From IMG/VR virus record IMGVR_UViG_3300018432_000011, positions 1 to 41,678 of that record: a stretch of 41,678 nt of DNA; one strand, 5' to 3'. Within the stretch, counting starts at the first letter, position 1. Each line of letters begins with the position of its first letter. The translations under genes were made by a program, and so were the position numbers. Below, piece after piece: positions 1-8,052 of the stretch. Source of the stretch: a virus. Under the pieces are notes generated by a model. The model saw only the letters and a program-made list of their open reading frames with translations, was not told the DNA's origin and did not search any database.

Positions 1-123
1 CATCCACACCTGGGCGAGCAACTGCCCCGCCTGCCCCGCCTGCCCGCCGCTCGCAAGCAGGGGCGAGGCCAGGCTGATGCGGCTGTGGCGATGGCTGTGG
101 CAACCCGCTCCAGTGACCAAGGG
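1..123. repeat. Terminal direct repeat, copy 1 (identical to 41556-41678)
   Basis: Base-for-base comparison of catccacacctgggcgagc...ccagtgaccaaggg at both ends. Confidence 0.97.
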
Positions 124-172
124 CGAGTACCTGTTGGTGCTACCGCGCGATCGGACGGGGCGTACGCTCTGA
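2..172 (+). CDS. 3' part of a junction-spanning small Cys-rich protein (5' part at 41527-41678; 66 aa in total)
   Basis: The frame opened by GTG 41527 continues through the repeat and stops at TGA 170-172. Third codon positions are almost all G/C in this frame. Confidence 0.55.
   Translation: MHTWASNCPACPACPPLASRGEARLMRLWRWLWQPAPVTKGEYLLVLPRDRTGRTL
22..48 (+). repeat. 9-bp tandem repeat CTGCCCCGC, two exact units plus a degenerate third
   Basis: ctgccccgc ctgccccgc ctgcccgcc. In the junction-spanning frame it encodes CPACPACPP. It is also present at 41577-41603. Confidence 0.8.
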
Positions 173-174
173 CC

Positions 175-447
175 GTGGAGCAGCACGAGGTCACCTTCGA
201 GGGCAGCACGTCCTTTGCTCACAGGCTGGTGCAGTCCATCCGTGAAGCGGGTGGGGAGGTCGAGTGGGATCCGCCTCGGGAGACGCGGTCGGGTGCCGTT
301 GAGCTCGTCGTCATCCCGCTGCTCGTCACGCTGAGCTACGACCTGCTCAAGGCTGCCGTGCAGAAGTTCCTCGAGGACCGCCGGTCCAAGGTGAAGATCG
401 ACGGCAAGGACGTCGAGCCTGGTGCAACACGGTTGCACGATGCCTGA
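175..447 (+). CDS. Hypothetical protein, last gene of the early operon (ORF-track 85..447, start revised to GTG 175)
   Basis: The listed frame has many A/T third positions between 85 and 174 and becomes GC3-rich only after GTG 175. GTG 175 lies 2 nt after the upstream TGA. No motif was recognised. The start remains uncertain (85, 91 or 175). Confidence 0.6.
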   Translation: MEQHEVTFEGSTSFAHRLVQSIREAGGEVEWDPPRETRSGAVELVVIPLLVTLSYDLLKAAVQKFLEDRRSKVKIDGKDVEPGATRLHDA

Positions 448-501
448 CCAGCGGATACTTGCATCGATGTAGTTCACCTGCGACACTGCTCGGTATCTGA
501 G

Positions 502-553
502 GAGCCGTCCGCCCGAGCGGGCGGCTCTTGTCGTTGGCGGGCCTCTCGCCCGC
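502..553 (+). terminator. Two tandem GC-rich hairpins after the last early gene (candidate terminator)
   Basis: Hairpin 1 pairs ccgccc (509-514) with gggcgg (519-524) around a GAGC loop, extended by gag/ctc, and is followed by ttgtcgtt. Hairpin 2 pairs gcgggc (537-542) with gcccgc (548-553). The U-tract is weak. Confidence 0.35.
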
Positions 554-706
554 ACGACGCTCATCGGCACTCGGCTCATGGAAGCCAGTGTCCCGACGAG
601 ATTGCCGATCGACGCGGGCGAGCCGGCGCTCACCACGGGTTCATGACCCGAGGTTGCTGGGGTCAGCACCCAGGCCCGCCACCATCACCCCACGGAGGTA
701 GTCCGC

Positions 707-979
707 ATGTCGACACCGGGTGCCCGCGTGTCCGTCACCACCTCGGCGACTCCGCTGAACGTGGAGGATCCCGGGCTGGGGCAGTACGACCTGCTGGCTC
801 GCAACAAGGGCACCGCCTCGGTGGACCTTGGCGATGCCAGCGTCACGACAGGAGCGGGATTCGAGCTGGCCCCCGGGGAGGCCGTGTCGTGGAGCGGACA
901 GAGGGAAATCCTCCATGCGGTCGCGGCGACGGGCACCGTCCGCATCGACGTGCTCCGGGTCGGCGTGGGCAATGGGTGA
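707..979 (+). CDS. Small beta-rich hypothetical protein (90 aa), first gene after the non-coding gap
   Basis: ATG with GGAGG at 694-698. High GC3. Rich in Gly, Val and Thr. No known motif. Confidence 0.7.
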   Translation: MSTPGARVSVTTSATPLNVEDPGLGQYDLLARNKGTASVDLGDASVTTGAGFELAPGEAVSWSGQREILHAVAATGTVRIDVLRVGVGNG

Positions 980-1391
980 CCTGAAGCTTCATCCCGCGCC
1001 AGCACCCCGCGGTGAGATCGGCTACGCCGAGGTCACCGCAGCTCAAGCGACGACGAACCTCACCTCGGCCAACAAGGTCGCAATCACGGGGCTGGAGATC
1101 ACCGTCACGGTTGGCATCGAGCCCGTGCTGTTCCACCTCCACCTGCCGGTCGTGGCGAACGGGACCAGCGGGTCGGGCCTCGGTGCAGGGATCTGGAACG
1201 GCGCCACCGAACTGGCTGAGGCCAGCTTCACATCCTCGGGCAACGCCATCCCTCACAGCCTCGACGTGTTCCACCGCTTCACCACCCCCGGATCAGTCAC
1301 GGTCACGGCCTACTTCTGGGGCCGCGTCGGCGGCACAGCGACCATCACGGGCAACAGCGTCGTCAAGCCCTTCCTCCGGGCCGTCGAGTGA
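972..1391 (+). CDS. Beta-rich hypothetical protein (139 aa)
   Basis: The internal ATG 972 of ORF 828..1391 overlaps the upstream stop (ATGGGTGA). The sequence upstream of 972 in this frame overlaps the better-supported 707..979 gene. Product begins MGDLKLHPAP... Confidence 0.65.
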   Translation: MGDLKLHPAPAPRGEIGYAEVTAAQATTNLTSANKVAITGLEITVTVGIEPVLFHLHLPVVANGTSGSGLGAGIWNGATELAEASFTSSGNAIPHSLDVFHRFTTPGSVTVTAYFWGRVGGTATITGNSVVKPFLRAVE

Positions 1392-2116
1392 TCGCCACTT
1401 CCTACGGCACGGGCCGCATCCAGGCCAGCGAAGCCGACGCGATCATCACGTCGAAGCGTTCGCAGGTCGGCGCACGCGGCGTCGTCTACTGCCACCAGGG
1501 CGGCGCGACCGCGCTGACGCCCATCCTCTCGGCCAACACGGGCACCCACGCGCTCATCCGAGCCATCGCCGAGGTCTTCCCCGTTTCTTCGCAGGACCAG
1601 GGCGCGGTCGGCCCGTGGGGCAACACCACCGCGCAGACGCGCATCGGCCAGCAGAAGACGTGGCTCCAAGCCGCGCCCGTCTCCGCAGCGACGGGGAAGG
1701 TGATCCTCGTCGGCATCAGTCAGGGCGCGACGGCGATGTTCAACTGGGCCATCGACAACCCCACCCTCGTCGCCGCGATGCTGGGCGTCTTGCCGGTCTG
1801 CGACCTGACCGACATCTACGAGAACAACCGCGGCGGTGCCCAGGCGGGCATCGGCACCGCTTGGGGCGTCACTCCGCCCGACGCGTTGCCGGCCGGCGCC
1901 GACCCCGCCGTCGACCCTTCGCCGCTGGTCGGCATCCCCTGTCGCCTCTACTACGCATCGGACGACACCACCGTCCTGCCCGCCAAGGTGACAGCGTTCG
2001 CGTCGGCCATCGGAGCGACGGCGACGAACCTCGGCACCCTCGGCCACACCGAGGCGGCCATCGCGGCCGTGCCTCGCCCTGATGTCGTCGAGTGGCTGCG
2101 GTCTGTCGCCCGATAA
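1388..2116 (+). CDS. Alpha/beta-hydrolase-fold serine esterase/lipase-like protein
   Basis: GTGA start/stop overlap. Nucleophile elbow 'LVGISQGAT' (GxSxG), acidic 'YYASDDTTV' and 'LGTLGHTE' occur in Ser..Asp..His order. Confidence 0.65.
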   Translation: MIATSYGTGRIQASEADAIITSKRSQVGARGVVYCHQGGATALTPILSANTGTHALIRAIAEVFPVSSQDQGAVGPWGNTTAQTRIGQQKTWLQAAPVSAATGKVILVGISQGATAMFNWAIDNPTLVAAMLGVLPVCDLTDIYENNRGGAQAGIGTAWGVTPPDALPAGADPAVDPSPLVGIPCRLYYASDDTTVLPAKVTAFASAIGATATNLGTLGHTEAAIAAVPRPDVVEWLRSVAR

Positions 2117-2481
2117 TGGCGACGGCTGCCGTCTGCTCGTTGCCTGGCTGTCCCGAGCTCGTCGCAACCCGCGGCAGGTGTCCCGCTCATCGTCGAGCCG
2201 GCGAGACCTCCCGACCCAACGCAGCAGCCCAGGGCTACGGCGCGCGCTGGCGCAAGATCCGGGCCCGCTTCCTTCGAACGCATCCGCTGTGCCAGGTCGA
2301 GGGGTGCTGGCTGAAGGCCACCGACGTCGACCACGTCACGCTTCGTCGGGAGCTCGTCCGCCAGGGCGTCGCCAACCCCGACGCCGACGAGCACCTGCAG
2401 GCGCTGTGCCACAGCCACCACAGCCAGAAGACGGCGGCCGAGACCGGCGGATGGAACCGAGCGAGGAGCGCCGATGCCTGA
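2116..2481 (+). CDS. HNH endonuclease (packaging-associated type)
   Basis: TAATG overlap with the upstream gene. Motifs 'CSLPGCPELV..GRCPAH', 'GYGARWRKIR', 'HPLCQV' and 'DVDHV....NLQ-like HLQALCHSHHSQKT'. Sits directly upstream of terS/terL. Confidence 0.85.
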   Translation: MATAAVCSLPGCPELVATRGRCPAHRRAGETSRPNAAAQGYGARWRKIRARFLRTHPLCQVEGCWLKATDVDHVTLRRELVRQGVANPDADEHLQALCHSHHSQKTAAETGGWNRARSADA

Positions 2482-2716
2482 GCTGTTGGACGTCCACCTC
2501 GAGCTCGACCCGCTGAGCCTGGCCGACGAGCCCGACCCGACCCGCACCGTCGCCGAGCTATCCCGCCGCGAGGCGGAGGCTCGTGCCGCTGAGCGGAATG
2601 TCCGATTGCGTCATCCCGAGCCCGTGGAAGTGGTGACCAGGAAGGCGCTCAAGCCCGAGACGGCAGCGGACGTGCTGCTCGTGGCGACCCGCTGGGTCTG
2701 CGACGGGGTGGGGTAG
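2474..2716 (+). CDS. Hypothetical protein (80 aa)
   Basis: ATG overlaps the end of HNH by 8 nt. High GC3. No motif. Confidence 0.5.
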   Translation: MPELLDVHLELDPLSLADEPDPTRTVAELSRREAEARAAERNVRLRHPEPVEVVTRKALKPETAADVLLVATRWVCDGVG

Positions 2717-2780
2717 CCCTCCCTCGCTTCAACCCCCAAGAGCGTGCTCATAGCCCGCTCGCAGTCTGTACGGCTTTCCC

Positions 2781-2848
2781 GGCTCCCAGGAGCCGCCAGA
2801 ACCGCCCGGGGTGAGCCCGGGTCGCCGTCGGCGCCGGGGTGAGCCCGG
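2781..2848 (+). promoter_or_regulatory. Candidate cos / small-terminase recognition region
   Basis: Palindrome GGCTCC-CA-GGAGCC at 2781-2794. Exact 15-mer CCGGGGTGAGCCCGG at 2806-2820 and again at 2834-2848, each internally palindromic (CCGGG..CCCGG). Lies in the 158-bp gap between the HNH block and terS. Confidence 0.4.
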
Positions 2849-2874
2849 TCCGGCCTTCACCCGGAGTGCCGCCC

Positions 2875-3420
2875 ATGCCTCGTGGCCCGCTGCCCGACCC
2901 AAACAGCCGTCGGCGCAACGCCCCGACAATCCCCACCACCAAGTTGCCCGCCGGCGGCCGGCCGGGACCTGTCCCCCGGCCACCCAAGGGCGCGAACCTC
3001 GGCGACGCCGGGAAGGCGTGGTGGCGCTGGGCCTGGCGGACCCCCCAGGCCGCCGCCTGGTCGACCGGTGACCACGTCGCCATCGCCCGCCGCGCCCAGC
3101 TCGAGGACGACCTCCAGGCCTTGGAGTTCATCGGACTCGACCTCGATCGCCTGCCGGCAGAGTCCGACGACGAGCTGGCCGCCTACCTCGACCACCTGAA
3201 GTACGTCATCGAGAAGCTGAAGTCGCTGGCCGGCGGCAAGCTGGCCATCGCCCGGGAAATGCGCGAATTGGACGACCGATTCGGCCTGACGCCGAAGGCA
3301 CGGGCGGCCCTGCGCTGGGAGGTCGTCCAGGACCAGGCCGATGACGGCCCGGCCGATGCCGATGACGAAGTCGCCGCCCGGCGAGAGGAGCGCAAGAAGC
3401 GGCTCGCCGCCGGGGGCTGA
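2875..3420 (+). CDS. terS: Terminase small subunit (P27-family-like)
   Basis: ATG 2875 with GGAG at 2862-2865. 'MPRGPLPDPNSRRRN' N-terminus and 'FGLTPKARAALRW' motif. TGATG overlap with terL. The ORF track starts at GTG 2839. Confidence 0.75.
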   Translation: MPRGPLPDPNSRRRNAPTIPTTKLPAGGRPGPVPRPPKGANLGDAGKAWWRWAWRTPQAAAWSTGDHVAIARRAQLEDDLQALEFIGLDLDRLPAESDDELAAYLDHLKYVIEKLKSLAGGKLAIAREMRELDDRFGLTPKARAALRWEVVQDQADDGPADADDEVAARREERKKRLAAGG

Positions 3421-5063
3421 TGCCCGCGTGGCGGGTCGGCCACCACGACGACTGGCCGACTCTCGGCTGGGACCTGATCGACTGGGTCGAGGCCTACCTG
3501 TGTCACGGCCCGGGCGACGTCGAGGGCGAGCTCGTCGAGCTCGACGACGAGTGGGCGCAGGTCCTGCTCGACCTCTACCGGCTGTACCCGAAGGGCCACG
3601 ATCGGGCTGGCCACCGAGTTGTCACCCGCGGCGTTCTGTCCAGGGCCAAGGGCCGAGCGAAGTCCGAGCTCGCCGGCATGATCGTGTGCATCGAGGCCCG
3701 GGCCCCCGCCCGCTTCGACGGGTGGACGAAGAGCGGCGAGCCGGTCGGCCGTCCAGTGCGGTCGCCCTTCATCCGAGCGCTGGCCACCGAGGAGAGCCAG
3801 GCCGGCAACACCTACGACAACGTGACCGTGATGCTCGATCACGCCGCGCGTCATCACGCCGACGTGTTCGGCGGCATCGACATCGGCAAGTCCACCCAAG
3901 CCTCGACCCGGATCTACCTGCCCGGCGGCGGTGAGATCCGGCCGAGCACCGCCAGCTCCGCCGCGAAGGACGGCGGGAAGGAGACGTTCGGCGTCGCCGA
4001 CGAGACGCACCTCTACGTGCTGCCCGAGCACCGAGGGATGCATCGGACCGTCAGCCGCAACCTCCGCAAGCGCAAGATCGCCGAGCCCTGGATGCTCGAC
4101 ACGACGACCGCTCACCGGCCCGGCCAGGGTTCGGTCGCCGAGCTCGCCCACGACCGGGCCCGCACGCTGCTCGACGGTCGTCGAGCGCGCGCCGGCGGGT
4201 TCTACATGAACCATCGGGAAGGCCTCGAGGTTGAAGACTGGAAGGACGACGGCCAGGTCCTGGCGTCCCTCGCCGAGGCCTACGGCGCCGCGGCCGAATG
4301 GGTCGATCGAGAGCTCATCCTCACCGATGACATCCGATCGCCGGATGCAACCGAGGTCGACAGCCGGCGGTACTGGCTCAACCAGGTGCGTGCGGGCAGC
4401 GAGCAGGCCTTCGATCCCGAGCGCTGGTCGCAGCTGGCCAAGGCCGACGTCGTCGTTCCGAAGAAGGAGCTCATCACCCTCGGCTTCGTCGGCGCACGCG
4501 TCGAGGACCCGACGGCGCTGATCGCCACCTGGGTCGCCGAGGGCTACCAATGGCCAGTCGGTATCTGGGAGCGCCCAGAGGACGCGCCCGAGGACTGGGA
4601 AGTCGACGAGGCAGCGGTCGAGGCCGCGGTCGAGGAAGCGTTCAGCACGTGGGACGTCTGGCGGATGTACGCCAACCCCTCGTACTGGGAGTCGCCCATC
4701 GACCGGTGGGCCGGCAAGTGGGGTGACAAGAAGGTCATCCGGTGGTGGACGAACCGCGACCGGGCGATGGCCTTCGCTGTCCGGGCGTTCGACACGTCGC
4801 AGAAGACGGGCGAGCTGAGCCATCCGGCGGGGGAGACGGACAACGTCAAGGCGTTCGATCGCCACCTGGGCAACTGCTACCGGCGGGACACCACCGTCAA
4901 GGACGACCAGGGAAAGACCATGTGGGCGCTGCGCAAGGAGCATCCGTCCTCACCGAACAAGATCGCTGCGGCGGTGGCGGCCACGCTCTCCTGGGAGGCG
5001 CGCGGCGACGCCATCGCCTCGGGCGCACTGGAGAAGAAGCGCTACCGCGTAGCTGGCTTCTGA
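3420..5063 (+). CDS. terL: Terminase large subunit
   Basis: 547 aa, between terS and portal. P-loop-like 'SRAKGRAKSE' and Walker-B-like 'FGVADETH'. Confidence 0.85.
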   Translation: MPAWRVGHHDDWPTLGWDLIDWVEAYLCHGPGDVEGELVELDDEWAQVLLDLYRLYPKGHDRAGHRVVTRGVLSRAKGRAKSELAGMIVCIEARAPARFDGWTKSGEPVGRPVRSPFIRALATEESQAGNTYDNVTVMLDHAARHHADVFGGIDIGKSTQASTRIYLPGGGEIRPSTASSAAKDGGKETFGVADETHLYVLPEHRGMHRTVSRNLRKRKIAEPWMLDTTTAHRPGQGSVAELAHDRARTLLDGRRARAGGFYMNHREGLEVEDWKDDGQVLASLAEAYGAAAEWVDRELILTDDIRSPDATEVDSRRYWLNQVRAGSEQAFDPERWSQLAKADVVVPKKELITLGFVGARVEDPTALIATWVAEGYQWPVGIWERPEDAPEDWEVDEAAVEAAVEEAFSTWDVWRMYANPSYWESPIDRWAGKWGDKKVIRWWTNRDRAMAFAVRAFDTSQKTGELSHPAGETDNVKAFDRHLGNCYRRDTTVKDDQGKTMWALRKEHPSSPNKIAAAVAATLSWEARGDAIASGALEKKRYRVAGF

Positions 5064-5076
5064 GGAGGGTGCTGCC

Positions 5077-6441
5077 TTGGTCGCCGACCCCACGTACCGG
5101 TCGCCCGAATGGTGGGTCGAGCGGCTCAACACGAAGCTCGACGAACGCCAGGAGCGGATCGCCAAGCTCGACGACTACTACGAGGGCGATCACCCGCTGC
5201 CGCGGGCGCCCGAGCGCGCGAAGGACGCCTACCGGAAGTGGCTGAAGAAGTCGCGGTCGAACTGGATGGGCCTCGTCGTCGACGCCACGCTCGAGCGACT
5301 GCGGGTTCAGGGCATCCGGTACGGCAGGGACCCGGGCGCGGACGCATCGGCCTGGGCCATCTGGCAGGCGAACGACCTCGACACCGGCTCCGACGACGTG
5401 CACCTCGAGGCGCTGGTCTGCGGCGAGTCGGCCGTCACGGTCGAGCCCGGCCCCGATGGTGCGCTGCCCATCATCAGCCCTGAGCATCCGTCACAGATCA
5501 TCGTTGCGACGCATCCCACCCGCGCGCTCATCCGCGAAGCCGCCTTCAAGAAGTGGCGCGACGACTCCGGCTACGTCGATGCCGCTCTCTACCTGCCGGG
5601 CGAGATCTACAAGCTGCGGTCGGCCTCCAAGGTTCGCGACGACCGGACCGCACCGAAGATCAAATGGGAGCCGCGCGAGGTCGCCGACGAGGACTGGCCG
5701 CTCACGCACGGCCTCGGCGTACCGGTGGTGCCGTTCCGCAACCGAGCCCGAATGCTCAAGGGCGGGCGTTCGGAGATCGACGGCGTGACCGACACGCAGG
5801 ACCGCATCAACGAGATGCTCTTCCAGCGCATGATCGCCGGCCAGTACGCCGCCTTCCGCCAGCGCGCTGCGTCGGGCATGGCGCTGGACACCGACCCGAA
5901 CACCGGCAAGGCCAGGATGCCGTTCGAGCCGTCGATGACCGAGCTCTGGGTTTCGGAGGATCCGGCCACGACATGGCACGACTTCGCCGAGTCGTCGCTC
6001 ACCGGCTACCTCGAGTCCGTCGCCGCCGACGTCCAGCACATCGCCGCTCAGTCCCATACCCCGCCGCACTACCTGCTCGGCCAGATGGTCAACCTGGCGG
6101 CCGAGGCGCTGAAGGCCGCCGAGGCCGGCCTGGTCAACAAGGTCCAGAACCGGATGCTGCACTTCGGCGAGTCGTGGGAAGAGGTCTGGCGCCTCGCCTT
6201 CCTCGCCAACGGCAATACCCGCAAGGCGGCGGTGCGCGACGCAGAGATCATCTGGCGCAACCCGGAGTTCCGGACTGAAGGTCAGATGGTCGACGCCCTC
6301 GTGAAGATGGCGGGGCTCGGAGTTCCCAGGGAGATCTTGTGGGAGCGATGGGGTGCGACGCCGACGGAGATCCAGCGATTCAAGGATCTCGGTGCCGATG
6401 GCGGCCCGATGCCAGGTCCGGCGCCCGCGCCCACCTCGTAA
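5077..6441 (+). CDS. Portal protein (SPP1 gp6-like)
   Basis: TTG start with GAGGAGGG 8 nt upstream. 454 aa. N-terminal 'IAKLDDYYEGDHPLP' pattern typical of actinophage portals. Follows terL. Confidence 0.85.
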   Translation: MVADPTYRSPEWWVERLNTKLDERQERIAKLDDYYEGDHPLPRAPERAKDAYRKWLKKSRSNWMGLVVDATLERLRVQGIRYGRDPGADASAWAIWQANDLDTGSDDVHLEALVCGESAVTVEPGPDGALPIISPEHPSQIIVATHPTRALIREAAFKKWRDDSGYVDAALYLPGEIYKLRSASKVRDDRTAPKIKWEPREVADEDWPLTHGLGVPVVPFRNRARMLKGGRSEIDGVTDTQDRINEMLFQRMIAGQYAAFRQRAASGMALDTDPNTGKARMPFEPSMTELWVSEDPATTWHDFAESSLTGYLESVAADVQHIAAQSHTPPHYLLGQMVNLAAEALKAAEAGLVNKVQNRMLHFGESWEEVWRLAFLANGNTRKAAVRDAEIIWRNPEFRTEGQMVDALVKMAGLGVPREILWERWGATPTEIQRFKDLGADGGPMPGPAPAPTS

Positions 6442-6489
6442 CAACCCGTCGGCCGTGAGGGCCGGCACAACAGAAAGGAGTCGGCCGCG

Positions 6490-7005
6490 ATGGCTGACGA
6501 CGACAAGTCGTCCGAGAGGGACGACGACGACCAGGGTGACGACGATGATGACGACGACGACGTCAAGGCGCCGCCCGCGAGGGGCGACGACGACAAGAAG
6601 GGTGACGTCCCGCCGGAGGTCAAGCGGGCCCTCAACAAGGCCAACAAGGAGGCGGAGAAGCTCCGCCTCCAGCTGAAGGACTACGAGGACCGCGACAAGT
6701 CGGAGCTCCAGAAGCTCACGGAGCGGAGCGAGGCAGCCGAGCGGAAGGCCGAGGAGGCCACCCGTGACGCCATGCGCGCCCGCGTCGGAGCCGACAAGGG
6801 GCTGCCCCGCAAGTTCTGGGACCGGCTCAAGGGCGACGACGAGAAGGAGATGGCCGCGGATGCGGACGACCTCCTCTCCGAGATCTCGCCCCAGGACAGC
6901 ACCAAGCGCCGGCCGTCGTTCGACGGCGGTGCGAAGGACGGCAAGGCGCCGGCCAACGGCGACATGAACGCGTTGCTCCTCAAGGGCGCGCGCGGTCGCA
7001 GCTGA
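6490..7005 (+). CDS. Capsid scaffolding protein
   Basis: AAAGGAG RBS. Extremely acidic N-terminus (poly-Asp) followed by a Lys/Glu coiled-coil, 'KEAEKLRLQLKDYEDRDKSELQKL'. Sits between portal and major capsid. Confidence 0.75.
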   Translation: MADDDKSSERDDDDQGDDDDDDDDVKAPPARGDDDKKGDVPPEVKRALNKANKEAEKLRLQLKDYEDRDKSELQKLTERSEAAERKAEEATRDAMRARVGADKGLPRKFWDRLKGDDEKEMAADADDLLSEISPQDSTKRRPSFDGGAKDGKAPANGDMNALLLKGARGRS

Positions 7006-7073
7006 ACGACGGCACGCCCCCCGCCACGGGAGGACGCCGTTCCACATCCACTGACCCCTGAGGAGGTCTTCCC

Positions 7074-8039
7074 GTGGCCTACGACAACCTGACGAGCCGC
7101 ACCGACAGTGCAGCGCTCGTCCCCGAGCAGGTGGCCCGAGACATGCTGGGCCGCGTCCAGCAGGAGATCTCGGCCGTGTTGCGGATGTTCCGCAACGTGC
7201 CCGTCACCGGCAGCCAGACGCGGTTCCCGATCCTCTCGGCTCTGCCCATCGCCTACTGGGTGACGGGCGATACCGGTCTCAAGCAGACGACCGAGATGGC
7301 CTGGACGAACAAGTACCTCAACGTCGAGGAGCTCGCCGTCCTCGTGCCCATCCCGCAGAACGTCTTCGATGACCTGCAGGACAGCAGCGCCAACATCGAC
7401 GTGTGGGGTGAGGTGCGTCCCGAGGTCGAGGCGGCCATCGGCCGTGCCCTCGACTCGGCGGTGCTCTTCGGCACCAACGCGCCGGGCACGTTCCCGACGA
7501 ACGTGAACGCGGCCGCGGTGGCGGCCGGCAACACGAGCACCATCGGCACGGCGGCCCAGGGCGCCGGCGGGATCCAGGACGACATCGACGTCGCCATCGG
7601 CAAGGTGGAGGACGACGGCTACGACCCCAACGGGATCATCGCCAAGCGCTCGCTGCGGGGTCAGCTCCGCCGGGCCCGTGACACCACCGGCCAGCGGCTC
7701 GCCGGCCTGAACGCCGACTACACCCAGTACGAAGGTCTCGACATCTCGTACCCGGCGCGGGGCCTGTGGCCCACGGCCGTGTCGACCGTCCGGGCCTTCA
7801 TCGGCGACTTCTCGGAGTTCGTCGTCGGTGTCCGCAAGGACATCAAGATGGACGTGTTCGACACCGGCGTCATCCAGGACGCCTCCGGCGACATCGTCTA
7901 CAACCTGCTCCAGCAGGACATGATCGCCGCGCGGTTCACGTTCCGAGCCGGCTGGCAGGTCAGCAACCGGATCAACCTCGACGAGCCCACCGAGGCCAAC
8001 CGCTACCCCGTCGCCCGCCTGCTCGCGGCCGCTTCCTGA
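7074..8039 (+). CDS. Major capsid protein (HK97-fold type)
   Basis: GTG with GAGGAGG upstream. 321 aa. Position after the scaffold. The general sequence character matches Phage_capsid family members as I recall them. Confidence 0.8.
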   Translation: MAYDNLTSRTDSAALVPEQVARDMLGRVQQEISAVLRMFRNVPVTGSQTRFPILSALPIAYWVTGDTGLKQTTEMAWTNKYLNVEELAVLVPIPQNVFDDLQDSSANIDVWGEVRPEVEAAIGRALDSAVLFGTNAPGTFPTNVNAAAVAAGNTSTIGTAAQGAGGIQDDIDVAIGKVEDDGYDPNGIIAKRSLRGQLRRARDTTGQRLAGLNADYTQYEGLDISYPARGLWPTAVSTVRAFIGDFSEFVVGVRKDIKMDVFDTGVIQDASGDIVYNLLQQDMIAARFTFRAGWQVSNRINLDEPTEANRYPVARLLAAAS

Positions 8040-8052
8040 TCGGAGAACAGCC

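Noticed and set aside
1-123. The 123-bp repeat as a genuine direct terminal repeat used for packaging.
   Set aside because: The HNH endonuclease plus P27-type small terminase context favours cohesive ends. A coding frame runs straight through the repeat. Exact end duplication of about this size is what circular contigs from de Bruijn assemblers look like. It cannot be excluded without read data.
85-174. ATG 85 as the start of the first listed ORF.
   Set aside because: Third codon positions in this frame are A/T-rich until about 175. The overlapping frame that comes from across the circular junction is GC3-rich and ends at 172.
175-447. Resemblance of the 90-aa product (hydrophobic 'AVELVVIPLLVTLSYDLLKAAVQKFL' followed by a short beta segment) to small effector-associated constant-component (EACC1-type) domains of NTPase conflict systems.
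   Set aside because: The resemblance rests only on a vague pattern from memory. No NTPase or effector partner lies in the window. It is not reportable without a profile search.
2806-2848. A possible CRISPR-like or other arrayed repeat.
   Set aside because: There are only two copies of a 15-mer with a 13-nt gap. No further units and no cas genes are present. The location between HNH and terS fits a packaging signal better.
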